NCBI GenBank assembly: GCA_964016885.1 | Contig: OZ024747.1 | Coordinates: 22,878,001-22,942,000 of the forward strand | Length of the DNA: 64,000 nucleotides | Direction: 5' to 3' | Origin: Eledone cirrhosa | Taxonomy: Eukaryota | Part shown: positions 42,401 through 54,510 of the stretch, piece by piece | How the letters are laid out: each line of letters starts with the position of its first letter | Numbering within the stretch: position 1 is the first letter of the stretch | Notes under the pieces: generated by a model | What the model saw: the letters and a program-made list of their open reading frames with translations, nothing else | Told to the model about the DNA's origin: nothing | The model's database searches: none | Translations under genes and position numbers: made by a program

Positions 42401-43424
42401 TGTGTGTGTTGTTATTGTTGTTTGTGTTTGCGTGTCTGTTGTTGTTGTATCTGGGTATGTTGCTGTTGTTGTTGTTGATGTGTGTGTTGTTGTTATTGTT
42501 GTCTCCGTGTGTGTTGTTATTGTTGTTTGTGTCTGCGTGTCTGTTGTATCTGGGTATGTTGCTATTGTTGTTATTGTATCTGGGTATGTTGCTATTGTTG
42601 TTGTTATTGTTGTTTGTGTCTGTGTGTCTGTTGTTGTTGGGATGTGTGTTGTATATGTGTGTGCGTATATTGTTGCTTTTGTTTTTGTTTTTGATGCTCC
42701 AGCGTAGTTTCGTAAATGATTTTTCTATTTCTGACAGACAACTAATCATATTTACCTTCTTAAATGTCGCAAATTTGGGTGGCAGACTTAACACAGACAT
42801 TTCATTACTATCTATTTTCGTGTTTCCATAAATGTTGGTATTTTCATTGTTGAACTCTTCAGATAATGAGGTGTCGGCCATGTTGATACCGTCAATTTTG
42901 TCGGGATATCTATTGGTATACTCTATAGTATCCCGATTTAGCTTTGCCTGTTTAAGCCACTTTAATTTTCTGTTAAAGTGCTTATTACATTCTTGAGTAA
43001 TGTACTGTTCTTCGGGGCGTATAAGGCTTATAAATGTTAGTTTTTCTGCTGGTGTGGTGATTTTAGATATTTCATCTATTAGGTTACGCTTTAGTTTTTC
43101 TTGATGACTTAATTCTCTATAGATCTTCTTTTTTATGTTTAGAATTAAAGTTCGTTTTAGCCCATCTGCTTGTTTTTTGGTGAGTTGTAATCTTCTAACG
43201 TCGGTATTGATGGTGTTGGTGTAGATTCTAGAAGTGGTGCACAGTTTTATGAAGTGTAGTTGTCGAGATGTTATGGTTTTTCGTAGACAACAGAACATGG
43301 TGGTTTTCAGTATCTTGTTAGCCTGGCTAAGGCTTACGATATTTCGTTTCTGAATTTGTTTAGCAAGATTCTTTATCTGAAATCGTGTGTTGAAACCGAT
43401 ATTGTTATACTTTGGGAGGGCCAT
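39444..43424 (-). CDS. PLE polyprotein: reverse transcriptase + GIY-YIG endonuclease (about 1326 aa from first ATG; Naiad-like motif usage)
   Basis: TDKSG, LYGLRKDHK, RPVCG, SMDVVSLYPSI, QEEGAAIG, RYVDD, LPVLD, HYAKPM; Cys cluster then NVVYSIRC...YIGET.R...R..EH; first ATG at 43424 (MALPKY). Confidence 0.95.
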   Translation of the reverse strand: MALPKYNNIGFNTRFQIKNLAKQIQKRNIVSLSQANKILKTTMFCCLRKTITSRQLHFIKLCTTSRIYTNTINTDVRRLQLTKKQADGLKRTLILNIKKKIYRELSHQEKLKRNLIDEISKITTPAEKLTFISLIRPEEQYITQECNKHFNRKLKWLKQAKLNRDTIEYTNRYPDKIDGINMADTSLSEEFNNENTNIYGNTKIDSNEMSVLSLPPKFATFKKVNMISCLSEIEKSFTKLRWSIKNKNKSNNIRTHIYNTHPNNNRHTDTNNNNNNNSNIPRYNNNNSNIPRYNRHADTNNNNNTHGDNNNNNTHINNNNSNIPRYNNNRHANTNNNNNTHNNDNTHTHGDNRHADTNNNNNTHGDNNNNNTHINNNNNSNIPRYNNNRHANTNNNNNTHNNDNTHTHGDNNTHQQQHTSTTTTHTHSMPLTTTTILTNTQTQKTSNDSSTEIREIRESNRIKRSRETKDKENNQDEHTDTQNRVDNNIEPVERDRSNYERHRNNHEAEAAAVGGNRNNTTNNSASTHKAAAWNSPFYNPSDKSFDLRRVHATTLPFNKRTQLPSQVDEQTEAQFSIAKSELRNIIEQYSKKHNRIEAQQLGEESANGLRKLMQRSRNGEIACFPTDKSGRMSVDSLPNYIQAMQPHITNTREVTPQEHEDREKTLNAHMVMWTNIMQPNKRTANNFQAWNNDVPALYGLRKDHKTGWDPVAGPPTRPVCGANIASNYRLSYFLSLIIRPIIEMSPDVCDSTEDLLSRIDAGNRSGDLTNCIIGSMDVVSLYPSIDVDFAVEKCVEMISESKVEFRGIDTSELGLLLKLTHSNSYLDTYDLSNLCPTRPARGRPPTITSMAKKTHTDRWNGWTRAIRTPENHDELKKMIAHAVGASIKLTLKEHMFKFNGKTYAQEEGAAIGVSIAGDIANLFMVWWDSRLKQKLKEQLEDRLTLIMYSRYVDDINIVVKTPPLKNSQEPEKNTMESIQQIANSIHQSIRVTIDYPSRHPNHRLPVLDTELWLDTINNQKQILHSHYAKPMTSKHLIHRNSAISDHTKINILIADLIRVMRNVSRMCNPEELERHIQHFIHRMQFSGYNQRDRIRVYKGARTKWEKMVNNDINGTCPLYRSKFWNRIERTKNKANRINSWYDSNKYQSVMFINTTPRGELAYKFRRALKKHNLNIKIVERPGTSVKTLISKTYPFQRPSCIDKKCITCKISPHINCKTRNVVYSIRCTEGQCRDKNIVYIGETARSIGERINEHWRDLQDSKESSVLYQHAKIEHRGKLESIEIKIESTHKKDAMFRQITEAVSIKELKPKLNRKYEWNSNITTYN

Positions 43425-43557
43425 GTTGCCAATAAGAAACACACGCACCAGTTGCTTTCACTTCAATTTAATTTAATATATATTTATAAATTTACAAATT
43501 TATAAATTTCTGGTTGGTTGGTTGGTTCCACAACCAGATAGTTGTTTATATATATAT

Positions 43558-43602
43558 AGTCATAGTTCTTTCGTCACACACTCTGTGACCTCTTCAGTGA
43601 CT
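43558..43602 (-). ncRNA. Minimal type I hammerhead ribozyme, 5' pLTR
   Basis: Identical to 39111-39155; about 135 nt upstream of the ORF ATG. Confidence 0.85.
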
Positions 43603-43890
43603 GGGGATTTCTTTCTTCGTTTCTGTGCCTTTCCTTTCTTCTATCCTACGCCATTTTGTTTGTGTGTGGGTTGCGTGCTCAGTTTGCGCATGCGCCACAT
43701 CCGGGTGTCTGTGTGTGTTTGTGTTCATTTTTCTATTTTTCTATTTATATTTGTTTGTTTATTTATTTATTTATTGTTGGTTGGTTGTTTGTTCTATGTG
43801 TGTGTGTGTTTTCATGTGTGTGTTTTCATTTTGTGTGTGTTTTCAATTGTAAGTTGTTTATATATGTGTGTGTGTGTTTTCATTTTGTCC

Positions 43891-44626
43891 TTAATTGTAA
43901 GTTGTGATGTTGCTGTTCCACTCATATTTTCTATTTAATTTTGGTTTTAATTCTTTTATGCTTACTGCCTCTGTAATTTGCCTAAACATTGCGTCTTTCT
44001 TGTGTGTGGATTCTATTTTTATTTCTATGCTCTCTAATTTACCCCTGTGTTCTATCTTAGCATGTTGGTAGAGCACAGATGATTCTTTACTATCTTGGAG
44101 GTCTCGCCAGTGTTCATTTATTCGTTCCCCTATACTACGAGCTGTCTCACCTATGTACACTATATTTTTGTCTCTACATTGTCCCTCAGTACATCTTATG
44201 CTATATACTACATTTCTAGTTTTACAGTTAATATGGGGGCTTATTTTACAGGTTATACATTTCTTATCTATACATGAGGGTCTTTGGAACGGGTATGTCT
44301 TGCTAATAAGTGTTTTTACGGAGGTACCAGGTCTTTCTACTATCTTAATATTGAGATTATGTTTCTTTAGGGCCCTTCTAAATTTGTAGGCTAGTTCACC
44401 TCTAGGGGTTGTGTTGATGAACATTACACTCTGGTATTTATTGCTATCATACCATGAGTTTATTCTATTGGCCTTGTTCTTAGTTCTTTCTATTCTATTC
44501 CAAAATTTGCTCCTATACAAGGGGCAGGTCCCATTTATGTCATTATTTACCATTTTTTCCCATTTGGTTCTGGCTCCTTTATACACTCTGATTCTATCTC
44601 TCTGATTGTAGCCAGAGAACTGCATA
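43891..44626 (-). pseudogene. Duplicated C-terminal (GIY-YIG) part of the PLE ORF in the upstream truncated copy
   Basis: Identical peptide MQFSGY...NSNITTYN. Confidence 0.92.
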
Positions 44627-45531
44627 GCCAGAGAACTGCATCTACCGATCAGAACATCGGACAGAAGTGTCACCACTTTTTCGGCGACAAAAGATGGGAT
44701 TCGAACTCAGAACGCACAAACCCGGAACAGATTGTGCAAACATCTCTGTACAACTCATTAGCAATTCCACCAATCTCCGCTTGAATTGGTATTACATTTA
44801 TTGACACCAAAAAAGACCAAAGACAAAGTTGACGTAGGCGCTATTTGACCTTAGAGTGCAGAAAGCCGGAACAAATATCAAGATATTTAATTCGACACTC
44901 GAAACACTCTGCTAAGTTCTACAGAGTACAAATATATGTAAATTTGCGAAGTCATTAGAGCGTAGAACAAAAATGCTTTGCAGCATTTGTTCTGTCTTTT
45001 TGCGATTTGAGTTCAAATTCCGCCGAGGTTTACTTTGACTTTCATCTTTTCTGTTTCCATAAAAAGTACCTTTCTAAAGTGCTGGGTTGACGAAGTTGTT
45101 AGAGGATCGGATAATATTCATTGCTGTATTTGTTTCAATGTTTTGCATTCTGAGTTCAAATTCCACTATTTGGATGGCAGACTTAAACCGTTGTTCACAT
45201 TAATACCACTACTAGGCCCTTGAATGACTTTAGTGGAGTCAACCATGTTATATTTATAACATGGTTATCGGACCGGATTTCTGGTTTGTGGATACCTTCT
45301 CCCCCCCCCCCCCCCCCCCTCATCCTATCAGGCCATAGAAAAACATTATGGGTACTACCCTTTTTTCTCGGGCAAAACAGGGGTAAGTATCGACCACTTT
45401 ATGATAGGTTTGTCGCTGAACCTATAGCGGTGGAGACTTCTGGCGTTCTGGGGGTTCATTGCGACTGATTTAATCACCCGCAGGAGTGAGCCCCGTGAGT
45501 TGGAATGGCTATTACAATGCGTCTCCCTCAG

Positions 45532-45810
45532 TGGAGACCTTGTGGTAAGGGTGTTGGACTTACGATCATAATGTTGTGGATTCGATTCCTGGGCTGCGTT
45601 GCGTGTAGTGTTCTTGAGAAAAACACTTTATTTCACGTTGTTCCAGTATACTCAGCTGAAAATGGGTACCAGTAATAGCTGGAGGTTTAACCCTGTGATG
45701 GACTGGCGTCCTGTCCAGTGGGGAGTATTGTACTCTCAGTCGCTCCACGCCATGAAAACGGGATAAGTAACGGCCTAACAGGCCTTCTGGTTTAAGACAG
45801 ACTTTAGACT
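45532..45810 (+). mobile_element. Long tRNA/CORE-like SINE
   Basis: Homologous to 54219-54510; ends TTAAGACAGACTTTAGACT. Confidence 0.8.
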
Positions 45811-46283
45811 CGGTGTCTTCCGGGGTAGCATTTTCTCTATTCTGTCTGCCGGGGTTTCTACACGCCAGAGAAGGTTCTCGCACATTCTCCAGACATATAT
45901 CATTGTCGTAGTGATGTTAGTAGTCAAATATAGTAAGCACACACACATTTATAAACACTACGGTACACATATACAATTACACCACTTCGTCTTCACGAAA
46001 AGAAAATACCATTTAAAAATTTCTTAAAGAGATAGAAAACTGTACAGGTACAGTATTTAATTCCTAGTTTGATACAGCTGAGTGATTTATTTTTCCTTTT
46101 ATAGTTTCACGCTTAACTCAATGGACTTCTTTCAACCAGATTTTATCCGCTTACTTGAATGTCTAACCGAGTTTTATTGTTTCGTGTCCACTGAATGTAT
46201 CTTATTGATGTTCTATTTTACTCACATCCTCCCACTAAATCTTCGCTATTTGAAAATATGTGTGGTTTCTGGCCTATTTTGTT

Positions 46284-46342
<59 letters not shown>

Positions 46343-46407
46343 TTTCTTTTTCTTTCTCTCTCTCTCTCCCTCTCTCTCTCTCTCACTCTCTCTCTCTCCA
46401 TCTTTTT

Positions 46408-46464
<57 letters not shown>

Positions 46465-46604
46465 TATCTCTCTATCTCTCTCTATCTCACCATCTCTCTG
46501 TCTCTCACATATCTCTCTCACTTTCTCCCCCATCTCTCTCTCTGTCTGCCCCTCTCTCTCTCACCACTCTCTCACTTACCTCTCTCTCTCTGTCTGCCTC
46601 GCTG

Positions 46605-46637
<33 letters not shown>

Positions 46638-46849
46638 CCATCTCTCTCACTCACCCCCTCTCTCCCACAACCCCCCTCTCTCTTGCTCCACTGAATCCTA
46701 TTGTTTACTATATCTTTGCACCGGAATTGGCCATCTTTGATTGACACCCTATATTATTAATTTGTAAGGAGCTTAGTTCAATTAGACTGAACTCTGCATG
46801 GGATCATTTTGTAGTTGTTATTTTTGTTGTTGTTTTTATTAAAACTCAG

Positions 46850-46934
46850 GGCTGCTGCTGCTGCTGTTCTTGGCGGCAGAGTAGGTGACGATGGCGGCGG
46901 CGGCGGTATTGCTGGGTGACTATTCTGACCGCAG
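46850..46934 (+). other. Candidate host exon with start codon (MAAAAVLLGDYSDR...)
   Basis: T-rich tract + CAG acceptor, GC-rich body, ACG-ATG-G at 46891, CAG|GTATAA donor. Confidence 0.3.
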
Positions 46935-47131
46935 GTATAAACACTTAACCTGAAGATGGACCTTTTCTCTATGGTCACCGACTTATTTGATCTATTTAGT
47001 TTTACGGCCCTATACCTATATTTTACTATTCACGGGCGATTAAACAATAAAACAATAAAAGGGACCCCCCGCCACAAAAACAACAACAACAACAAAACAG
47101 CTAAAAAGAAACCGTTATCTCTTATAGGAAC

Positions 47132-47315
47132 GGGTGGTGGATTGGCAGTATCAGTAGAGGGTCGGACGCCATGCTTTCCAGCATAGTCACGTTCCTTTAC
47201 GATCTGAGTTCAAATCCCGCCGAGGTTGACTTTGCCTTTCATCCTTACGGGGTCGATAAAATAAAGTACCAGTAATGCACTGGATAATGCTGGCCTTGTG
47301 CCTAAAGTAGAAACA
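47132..47315 (+). mobile_element. Short-family SINE with 18-bp TSD
   Basis: TSD GTTATCTCTTATAGGAAC at 47114-47131 and 47316-47333. Confidence 0.92.
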
Positions 47316-47513
47316 GTTATCTCTTATAGGAACATTACTATAAACGACACAATCAGACGAACACGGAATAAATTCTTCACAAAGGTGACATTCCATTGAA
47401 ATAGAGAAGCGGGTGTGTGACATTTACTGTTGGCGAATTGTCAGAGTCGTTAGACTACGTCGTGGTATTCCTTCCGGTTTTCTGCGTTCAAAACCCGTCG
47501 AAGTCAACTTTGC

Positions 47514-47565
<52 letters not shown>

Positions 47566-47985
47566 TGAAAATAGTGCCTCCGTTGTATTTTTGACTAAAT
47601 AAATTAGCCTAATAATTTGAGTTATAAAAACCCACAGAATAGAAAAATGAATTCAAATTCTCCGCTGTTTGTAAACAAAAGCTAAAAGCTTTGTATCTTA
47701 TACACACACACACACATACCTATATATATATATATATATATATTGCAGATGTAACTGAGACTGTGTAAGTCTGTATAAAAATTTACACATTGATTCTTTT
47801 ATTATATATGGAAGGAGGACTGTCTCCTGCTCTCCTATCAATACAACAGTTTTTTTTGTTTTTTTTTTACAGGCAGTCCCCGAATCGAATTTTCATTCTT
47901 CAGTTTTCTCTTTTCTATTTTCTTTTCCCTATCTTCCATTATATGTTTGGGTTCAACGTAATCCTGTTAAGTAATTCTGTGGAGG

Positions 47986-48056
47986 ACACCTGATGAGATC
48001 GTCCGGTCTTGCATCATAATTGGATGATGGAGCTGGGCCATCGAAATATGTATTGT
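47986..48056 (+). ncRNA. Type I hammerhead motif with long stem II
   Basis: ACAC-CTGATGA-GAT..CATCAT-AATTGG-ATGATG..ATC-GAAA-TATG-TA-TTGT. Confidence 0.62.
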
Positions 48057-48752
48057 GATTTCACGTAATTAATATTCTAAAGCAAAGTTTTCCAGTCCAG
48101 CCTTCTATTGTTGTTTTATAAATACTTAACTCCGTTCCTGCACCAACCACAGGATTCCACATCTACGATGGATGACTTGCATAACGTTGAGTGCTTTAAT
48201 TCATTTGTTACATCATGGTTTACCAACCAGAACCACCAGTTCTATCCATTGGCAAGCAAACTAACTTAAATGGTATATATACAAACATATGTGTATATAA
48301 TATAGATAGATATATTCAGATATACAGGCACACACACACACACACGTACACCCACACCTACACACACCGCCGATAAAATAATGGACTGTAGATGGTAGGT
48401 AAAACGCAATGGCTGATTAGCATGAAATCTCCATACTGATTAAACTGAAACGGAAACGTTTTCAGTTTAGCCTCGAGTTCTCGGCAGACAACAGTTGATA
48501 TTTCTGTGTCTTCTTCATTATATATTTATGTACATTTGACGTTATCTGTTTCACTATAATTTAAAAAAAGAAATATCCTCCGAGGTCGAAAATTTAAAGA
48601 AAAAATAAAATCATGTAATCCTCCTCTTGAACTATCGTATTAAAAAACAGACGACATGCAGGGAACGAGATTGCTCTCAAAATAATATGAAATATCAGAC
48701 TCAGTTGACACTAAACACTCTAGAATAGCACAGAATAGCACAGACTAGCATA

Positions 48753-48850
<98 letters not shown>

Positions 48851-49021
48851 AGACTGAAAATGGTAGTTTGTTCTGTTCATCCCGAGAATAGAAATAATCT
48901 CAGTACTAAGAGATTGATCCGTGGGAATAACAACTGTTTGAAGTTAGAAAAAGACGAGTTAAAATGATTATTCGTTCACACACAGACTGCATACGTAATA
49001 CGCACTCATATGCCGCGTTAG

Positions 49022-49097
<76 letters not shown>

Positions 49098-49402
49098 GCA
49101 ACACACAATTTTGTGTTGGCAAAGAGATATTAATCTACATGCCGAGGTTAATGGCAATACTATTGTTCCGTGATAGGTGTAGACAAAATATAGACCGGCA
49201 GGGGATTTGTTCTGTGTATATGAACTGTCAACAGATGTCTCTAAAAGACAGATAGTTAAATGAATAATATACATATATACATGCACACATACATACATAC
49301 ATAACATATATATGCATACATACATAACACATACATGCATACATACATATATAATACATACACACATAGAAGTAGTTCCACAACAGTTAATCCATCATTT
49401 CC

Positions 49403-49439
49403 GAGAACAATTGTTTCACCTTATTCGGATCATCAGCTC
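49403..49439 (-). ncRNA. Minimal type I hammerhead motif
   Basis: Minus strand: GAG-CTGATGA-T-CC-GAATAA-GG-T-GAAA-CAATTG-TT-CTC; palindromic stem III. Confidence 0.7.
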
Positions 49440-50329
49440 TGTTTAAATGAGGTTGTACGGAAAAGGAAAAACATGTGCAGAAACAGCCACTTCTGAAAGG
49501 GGAGGTAAACCCACGATATATCGGTGCTAGGGAAACAACTGTGGATACTTAGAATAATAATAGGTTATTCATGTTATTCAGTCCCGAATAATAGTTTATT
49601 CATGTTAGTCAATCTGAAGCTTTGTAATTACGTAATAGGTGTTTCCAGACGTGTTGACAACACGAAAAAAGATTATTCCTTGAATTTAGATAAGCGCCAT
49701 TATGCAATTATATACATATATTACACACACACACATACACATATATATAGATAGATACATACGTATATGATGGCTGCAAACTCTGCTAGGAGTACTGCAA
49801 TTGCTTGGAGGATTATAGAGTTTGGTGCACTTTTAGGCTACGGCCAGTCACACAAACCTGTAACATATCCTGAACAAGCAATGCCTGTGTTTGAATGTGT
49901 TTTTAAGTGGGGAGAGGCCTTGCACTTGTCCAATCCCACTCTCTGAACATCGAAAACACTAACCGAAAAGGAGAACTGGTCAAGATCATTGGATGTTTCC
50001 GAAGCCGCAGGTTTTTTTTTTCAAAGTTTCCCTCTCCTAGAAAGGTGTTGTGACAACAACTGGGGACCTTTCACTCCTAGGTGAAAAAAAAAGTGCTATT
50101 TGGATGGCCGTTGACTCTTCTGAGTTCCTCCGCCCTTTGCTGGGTCTTGTATTTCATCCTGCAGGATGTCCAAATATCACCCTCCTCATCAAGCAAGCTT
50201 GGTGGGGTTGCCGGTTTAGTCGCCGACGACCCGACCATAAACAAATATATACATACATACAAGAATACATACACGTCCGTAACCCTCACAGTTAAGAGTC
50301 TCTTTTAAACCCTGTCCTGGGAGCAGACT

Positions 50330-50690
50330 AATATCTCCCATATAGTTAGCTGCTGGCTTTACTTCAGCAGAGGTCCTCTACTTTTTTTCAAATTCCTCAA
50401 CACCAGTTGTAACCAGATTTCGCCACTGGGTTCTGTCCGCTGCAAGATTCTTCCATGTTTCAGTGTTGATGTTGACCTTTTTTAAGGAATCTTTCAGGCA
50501 GTCTTCAGAGCTCTTGTGTGACTTGCACTGCAAGCGTTTGTCTTGCAACATTTCGCCATACTTGTTTTGGGAGTCTGCCATCCTCCTGGCATACAGTGTG
50601 GCTTCACCACTGGAGACGCTCTTTCATAATCATGGTTTCGATACTTGGCAGGCAGAACTGCAGCAGCACATCAGTGTCTGGTGTATAAGA
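50330..50690 (-). pseudogene. RTE LINE 3' coding fragment
   Basis: LKDSLKKVNINTETWKNLAADRTQWRNLV matches the RTE C-terminal W..LA.DR..WR motif. Confidence 0.75.
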
Positions 50691-50696
50691 CATCCA

Positions 50697-51370
50697 GGGT
50701 GGTGGATTGGCAGTATCGGTAGAGCGTCGGACACCATGCTTCGCGGCATAGAGTTAGCTCCCTTTTCGTTCTGAGTTCAAATCCCGCTGAGGTTAGCTTT
50801 GCCTTTCATTCTCACAAGGTCGATAAATAAAGCACCAGTAAGGCACTGGGGTCGATTTAATCGACTTTCCTATCCCCTTCAAATCACCGGCCTTCTGCCT
50901 ATAGTAGAAACCATTATTAGCCTCACGCTTTTTTATCACCATACTGGACTAAGAAAAAAAAATTATAAAGATGATCATACTAACATATTAGGTGCTAATA
51001 GAAAATCAGTGTAGTAAAAACCAAAGCACATGTATATTGAAACAAATTATAATTATTGGAGGGGCATCAGCCTCCAAAAGTCCCTAGACCCGGAAGGCTA
51101 GGTGAGATGGGTAATGAAATACATATTCAAGAACAATGAACTTGTCGACCAATAATGGTTTCTTATATAGGCACAAGGCCAGTAATTTGGGGGAGGGGAA
51201 AGTCGATTAAATCGACCCCAGTACGTTACTGGTACTTTATATAATCGATCCAGTAAGGACGAGAGGTAAAGCAAACCTCGGCGGGATTTGAACTCAGATC
51301 ATAAAGGACCGTAACTCTACGCTGCAAAGCATGGTGTCCGACTCTCTACCGATACTGCCAATCCACCGCC
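50697..51370. mobile_element. Two short-family SINEs (+ about 50697-50915; - about 51157-51370)
   Basis: Consensus matches; the second has TSD CTTGTCGAC(C/T)AATAAT. Confidence 0.85.
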
Positions 51371-51818
51371 TTCTTGTCGACTAATAATCAAAGCAGGTTA
51401 CACATCATCATACCTTGAAAACACGGAAGCTAATGAATAAATGAATAAATAAATAAAATAAATAAAATAAATAAAATAAATAAACACACAACAAAGGAAA
51501 ACATGATAAAATGAACATGGTGGTTTATTTTTTATACATTCCATTATATACGTATGTTTGGTATGTGGTATGTGTGTATCTGTGGATGTGAGTGCGCGTA
51601 TGAGTGTGTGTATCTTTGCGCGTATGTATGTGAGCTTGCATGTGTGTGTATGTAGGTGTTTGCATGTGCGTGAGTGTATGTATGTGTGTTAGTATTTGTG
51701 TGTATACGCGTATCTTTGCACGTATGTGTATGTGAGATTGCATATGTGTGTATGTGTGCATGTGCGTGCGTGAATGTATGTGTTCGTATGTGTATGTGTA
51801 TGTGGCATGTTTGTTTGT

Positions 51819-51896
<78 letters not shown>

Positions 51897-52215
51897 GTTT
51901 GTGTGTGTGTGTGTGTGTGCGTACGTGTGTGTATGTGTATGTGCATGTGGCATGTTTGTGTATATGTACGTATGTGTCTGTGTGTGTGTAAATTGATCAG
52001 TTTAGCTGAGTGTCATTTTAGTAAAGCGCATCCAACCATTTATAGCATGTGAATTTTCGCAAGCAGACCGCTGAGATTTCACACACACACACACTTATAT
52101 ATAAATATATATTACACACACATGTATACATACATATATATATATACATATATACATTATATTATATAAATATATATGTATATATGTGTAAAAAAATATA
52201 TATATATAGGTGTGT

Positions 52216-52251
<36 letters not shown>

Positions 52252-52505
52252 CAATCGGTCGTCAACTCGGACCGAGGAAGCAATGTTTCCATTGGTCTAT
52301 CCAATTGCTAATACTATCTAATGACAGCAACTCCAGGTAGAAGGGGCAATGTGAAATTAAGGTGTCTTGCTCAAGGACATAACGCATCGCCCGGTTCTGG
52401 AATCGAACTCACAACCTAACGATTGCAAATTCTCTAACCGCTCAGCCACACGCCTTCACTATATATATATATATATATAAATATATATATATATATGTAT
52501 ACATG

Positions 52506-52536
<31 letters not shown>

Positions 52537-52543
52537 GTATATA

Positions 52544-52600
<57 letters not shown>

Positions 52601-52701
52601 GTGTATATATATGTGTATATATATATGTATATATATATATATATGTATATATATGTGTGTGTGTATATATATATGTATATATATATATATATGTATATAT
52701 A

Positions 52702-52750
<49 letters not shown>

Positions 52751-52753
<3 letters not shown>

Positions 52754-52897
52754 AATAATAATAAATTTGAAGACTAAAATCCAGAGAGGGCTCGATTCTG
52801 CGTTCACAGATTGATTTTTTTAGTTTCAGAAGATCCTGTTAAGGGTGGTGAAAGCAGCGATTCTTTGCTTTAACTTTAATCTGTTATTTAATAAATA

Positions 52898-52900
<3 letters not shown>
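52751..52900. mobile_element. Family E PLE-like terminus with inverted 46-bp piece
   Basis: 52751-52796 matches 59914-59959; the rest matches 60126-60223, including the HHR-like motif. Confidence 0.7.
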
Positions 52901-52928
<28 letters not shown>

Positions 52929-52930
<2 letters not shown>

Positions 52931-53186
52931 AGGAAAATGTTTAACCCCGACGGCAGAGATCAAGCCGTTTCGACGGCTATTTCTGGACAAAATTCGAATT
53001 TTTAGCGTGGTAAAAAAAAAAAAAAAAAAAATTCTAATTTAGTCCAGAAATAGCCGTCGAAACGGCTTGAGCTCTGCCGTCGGGGTTAAACATTTTCCTA
53101 TTACCCACTCTCCTACCCTAAGTATTGAGTACTCTGGTGCGTTATGGTCCATCTGGTCTGGTTCCTTACCACACTTCCTTCGTTTT
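52929..53186 (+). mobile_element. Palindromic element family A copy 3 (diverged subfamily)
   Basis: Arms 52929-53101 with longer central stem and poly-A loop; same tail. Confidence 0.75.
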
Positions 53187-54218
53187 ATATATATATATAT
53201 ATATATGTACACACACATATATATATAAACAGCTCAGCAGTTTGTCTGATCACACGGTAATAATGACTTCCAGGTCACTTCTCGTCCTTTCCAGCAGTTA
53301 GGAGTGAGGTAAACGATTTACGACATGACGTTAGTGGAGGTGGGGAGGTATGGAGGTGTGTGGAGGTATGTGGAGGTGTGGAGGTGTGGAGGCGTGTGGA
53401 GGTCTGTGGGTGTGGAGGTGTGGGTGTGGAGGCGTGTGGAGGTGTGGAGGTATGGTATGGAGGTGTGTGGAGGTGTGGAGGTATGGAGGTGGTAAAGATG
53501 AAGGCAATCAACTTTCAATGAAAGCAATCAAATCTGAACAAAAAACAAACAAACAAACAAACAAAAATTTGTAGGGAGCGGAAAGTCGATTATATCGACC
53601 CTAAACTTTACTTTTTCAACCTCAGAAGAATGAAAGGCAGAATTGACCTCAACAGGATTTGAAACCGGAATGTAGGGGACCGTAACGAAATACTTCAATA
53701 TATTTCGTCTAACGCACTAACAAGTCAGCCAAACCCACTGCCCTAATCTGATGTCTAGTATAGGCACAAGGCCAGTAATTTTAGGGGAGGAGAAAGTCGA
53801 TTAAATCGACCGCAGTGTATTACTGGTACTTTATTTATCGATCCCGTAAGGATGAGAGGCAAAGCTAACCTCGGCGGGATTTGAACTCAGATCATAAAGC
53901 GCCGAGCTTGGACTCAATCGGTAATGACGAGTGTTCCGGTTGTTGGAACGACGGAACAGCCAACTCATGAAATTAACTTGAAAGTGTCTGAGCATTCCAT
54001 AGACATTCGTACCCTTAACGTAGTTCTCAGGGAGATTCAGAATGACGCAGGTTATGGCAAGACCTTATGATCATGAGCTCAACACCATAACAACTAAGCC
54101 ATGCGAGTTCACCGATATACAACGTATGAAGTACACCTGTGTACAAACATAATTAGAATAGTTTTTGTACATAGGTGCACTTTATAATTTAATTTTTTTC
54201 TCTTCTATATCACACTAG

Positions 54219-54510
54219 GGTGGATCCATGTGGCCTAGTGGTAAGGGTGTTGGACTTATGATCATAACGTCGTCTGTTCGATTCCTGGGTTGCGTGTTGT
54301 GCTCGTGAGCAAAACACTTAATTTCACGTTGCTCCAGTATACTCAGCTGAAAATGACTACCAGAAATAGCTGGGGGGTTAACTCTGCGATGGACTGGCGT
54401 CTTGTCCAGGGGGGGGGGGGAGTCTTGTACTCTCAGTCGCTTCACGCCATGAAACCGGGCTAAGCACCGGCCAAATGAGCCTTCTGGCTTAAGACAGACT
54501 TTAGACTTAG
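54219..54510 (+). mobile_element. Long tRNA/CORE-like SINE with 12-bp TSD
   Basis: TSD ATATCACACTAG at 54207-54218 and 54511-54522. Confidence 0.85.

Noticed and set aside
39444-43424. Selenocysteine recoding as reported for some Naiad PLEs
   Set aside because: The ORF is open with no in-frame UGA.
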